DNA of 63,829 bases, filler included, from Octopus bimaculoides (lineage: Eukaryota), in assembly GCF_001194135.2 (NCBI RefSeq). It is 4 parts of 3 records of this genome, joined end to end, with 100 filler letters (N's around TTAATTAATTAA, not from the genome) between each part and the next. Parts side by side here need not be neighbours in the genome. Positions count along the whole stretch, not along the records: positions 62,664 to 63,829 come from NW_026373621.1; 3 more parts are not named here. One strand, written 5' to 3'. Position numbers and translations under genes: made by a program. The notes under the pieces are model-generated. The model searched no databases and was not told the DNA's origin. It worked only from the letters and a program-made list of their open reading frames with translations. This document shows, in pieces, positions 62,990-63,829 of the stretch (within the stretch, counting starts at the first letter, position 1; every line of letters starts with the position of its first letter).

Positions 62990-63620
62990 ATTTGTAAATA
63001 TGGAAACATGAGTGGTCATGAGGAAATATTATGTTACTCAGAAATGAGAGAGGGTCTGCGATAGGAAAGGCATCCGGAGGTAGAAAATCTGCCTCAACAA
63101 ATTCTGTCTGATGCATATAAGTATTGAAAAGTGTGTGTGAAAAACTATGATGCTGCAAGCTGTCGATTACTGCAAAAGAATGAAGCAGGAGGAAATTGGA
63201 GAGGATGTATATGCTGGAACAGGAATGAATGACGTAGTTAGGGATGATCCTGTTGGCTAGTGGGTAAACAGAACATGAAGGATGGGTGACAAGTAAGAGA
63301 AAGGGAGAGTGCAAGATCGGCCAACTCCAAGGCGGAGAGGTCACTGTAGTCATTGCAAAAAAACGATGCAGGGAGAAGAGAAAACATGTTTGATGGTTAA
63401 AGGGTGGAATATTCTTGTGTGGGATTTTATGCCAAACATCTGAGAGACCATTCTCATAATTATAGTCTAGGATGTGTTAGCTCAGTGTGAACCAGTGGAA
63501 CGACACAACACAAATTGCTGGGGAGCAGTGATCTATAGTAAGGTTTATCTAAGCTTTGCAAAGAAATGGAGGTCAGTAATTGTTGAAGTTGAAATAGTTT
63601 CTGACGTTACCTCATCAGAA
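62990..63620 (-). mobile_element. Decayed LINE-like 3' region (CR1/L2-like, tentative)
   Basis: Contains gaggcagattttcta.ctccggatgcctttcct, a motif I recall from LINE-derived 3' tails; coding remnants are weak. Confidence 0.4.
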
Positions 63621-63829
63621 TCGGCTTGATCAAGTAAACAACTATAAAAGGCAATACATGAGGCACAGAAAGCAACATACATAAATACGTACATACATAC
63701 ATACATACAAGTTAGTGAGTGAAAGGATTGGAAGACCAGAGAAATAGCCAACAACTGATGAAGGGTCGTTCTTTGTTTTCCATTCGTGTCTTTCGTTGTT
63801 CGAAAGAATAGTTCATGCTCCATGTATTC

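Noticed and set aside
63755-63829. CTGATGA...GAAA near the window end
   Set aside because: No clear stem II or NUH, and it is truncated by the window edge.

Overview
AT-rich, repeat-saturated eukaryotic genomic DNA from a gapped draft assembly (about 10 N-runs). The dense microsatellites and the SINE/LINE/Tc1 families look like a cephalopod genome, probably Octopus; this is an inference from pattern recognition, not a database result. I can identify no intact, nameable host gene. Nearly all ORFs in the track are microsatellite translations, gap read-throughs or decayed transposon fragments. What is well supported: at least four tRNA-derived SINE families (more than 25 copies); fragments of R4/Dong-type RLE LINEs, Tx1/L1-type LINEs, RTE-like LINEs and Penelope-like elements (PLEs); a full-length dead DD34D mariner; three other Tc1/mariner remnants; and two Tc2/pogo-like MITEs. 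The most interesting signal is ribozyme-related. Two unrelated PLE-type repeat families each carry a minimal type-I hammerhead motif. One has a tRNA-like Pol III promoter and an (AAT)n tract upstream of the ribozyme, and that tract has captured a Dong-like LINE 3' end. The other has a recurrent non-canonical CUGUUGA core. Secondary signals are SINE/Tx1 tail sharing, minus-strand AG|GT recursive-splice-like motifs, and weak minus-strand exon candidates that may belong to a secreted or GPI-anchored protein gene. Ends of decayed repeats are approximate.
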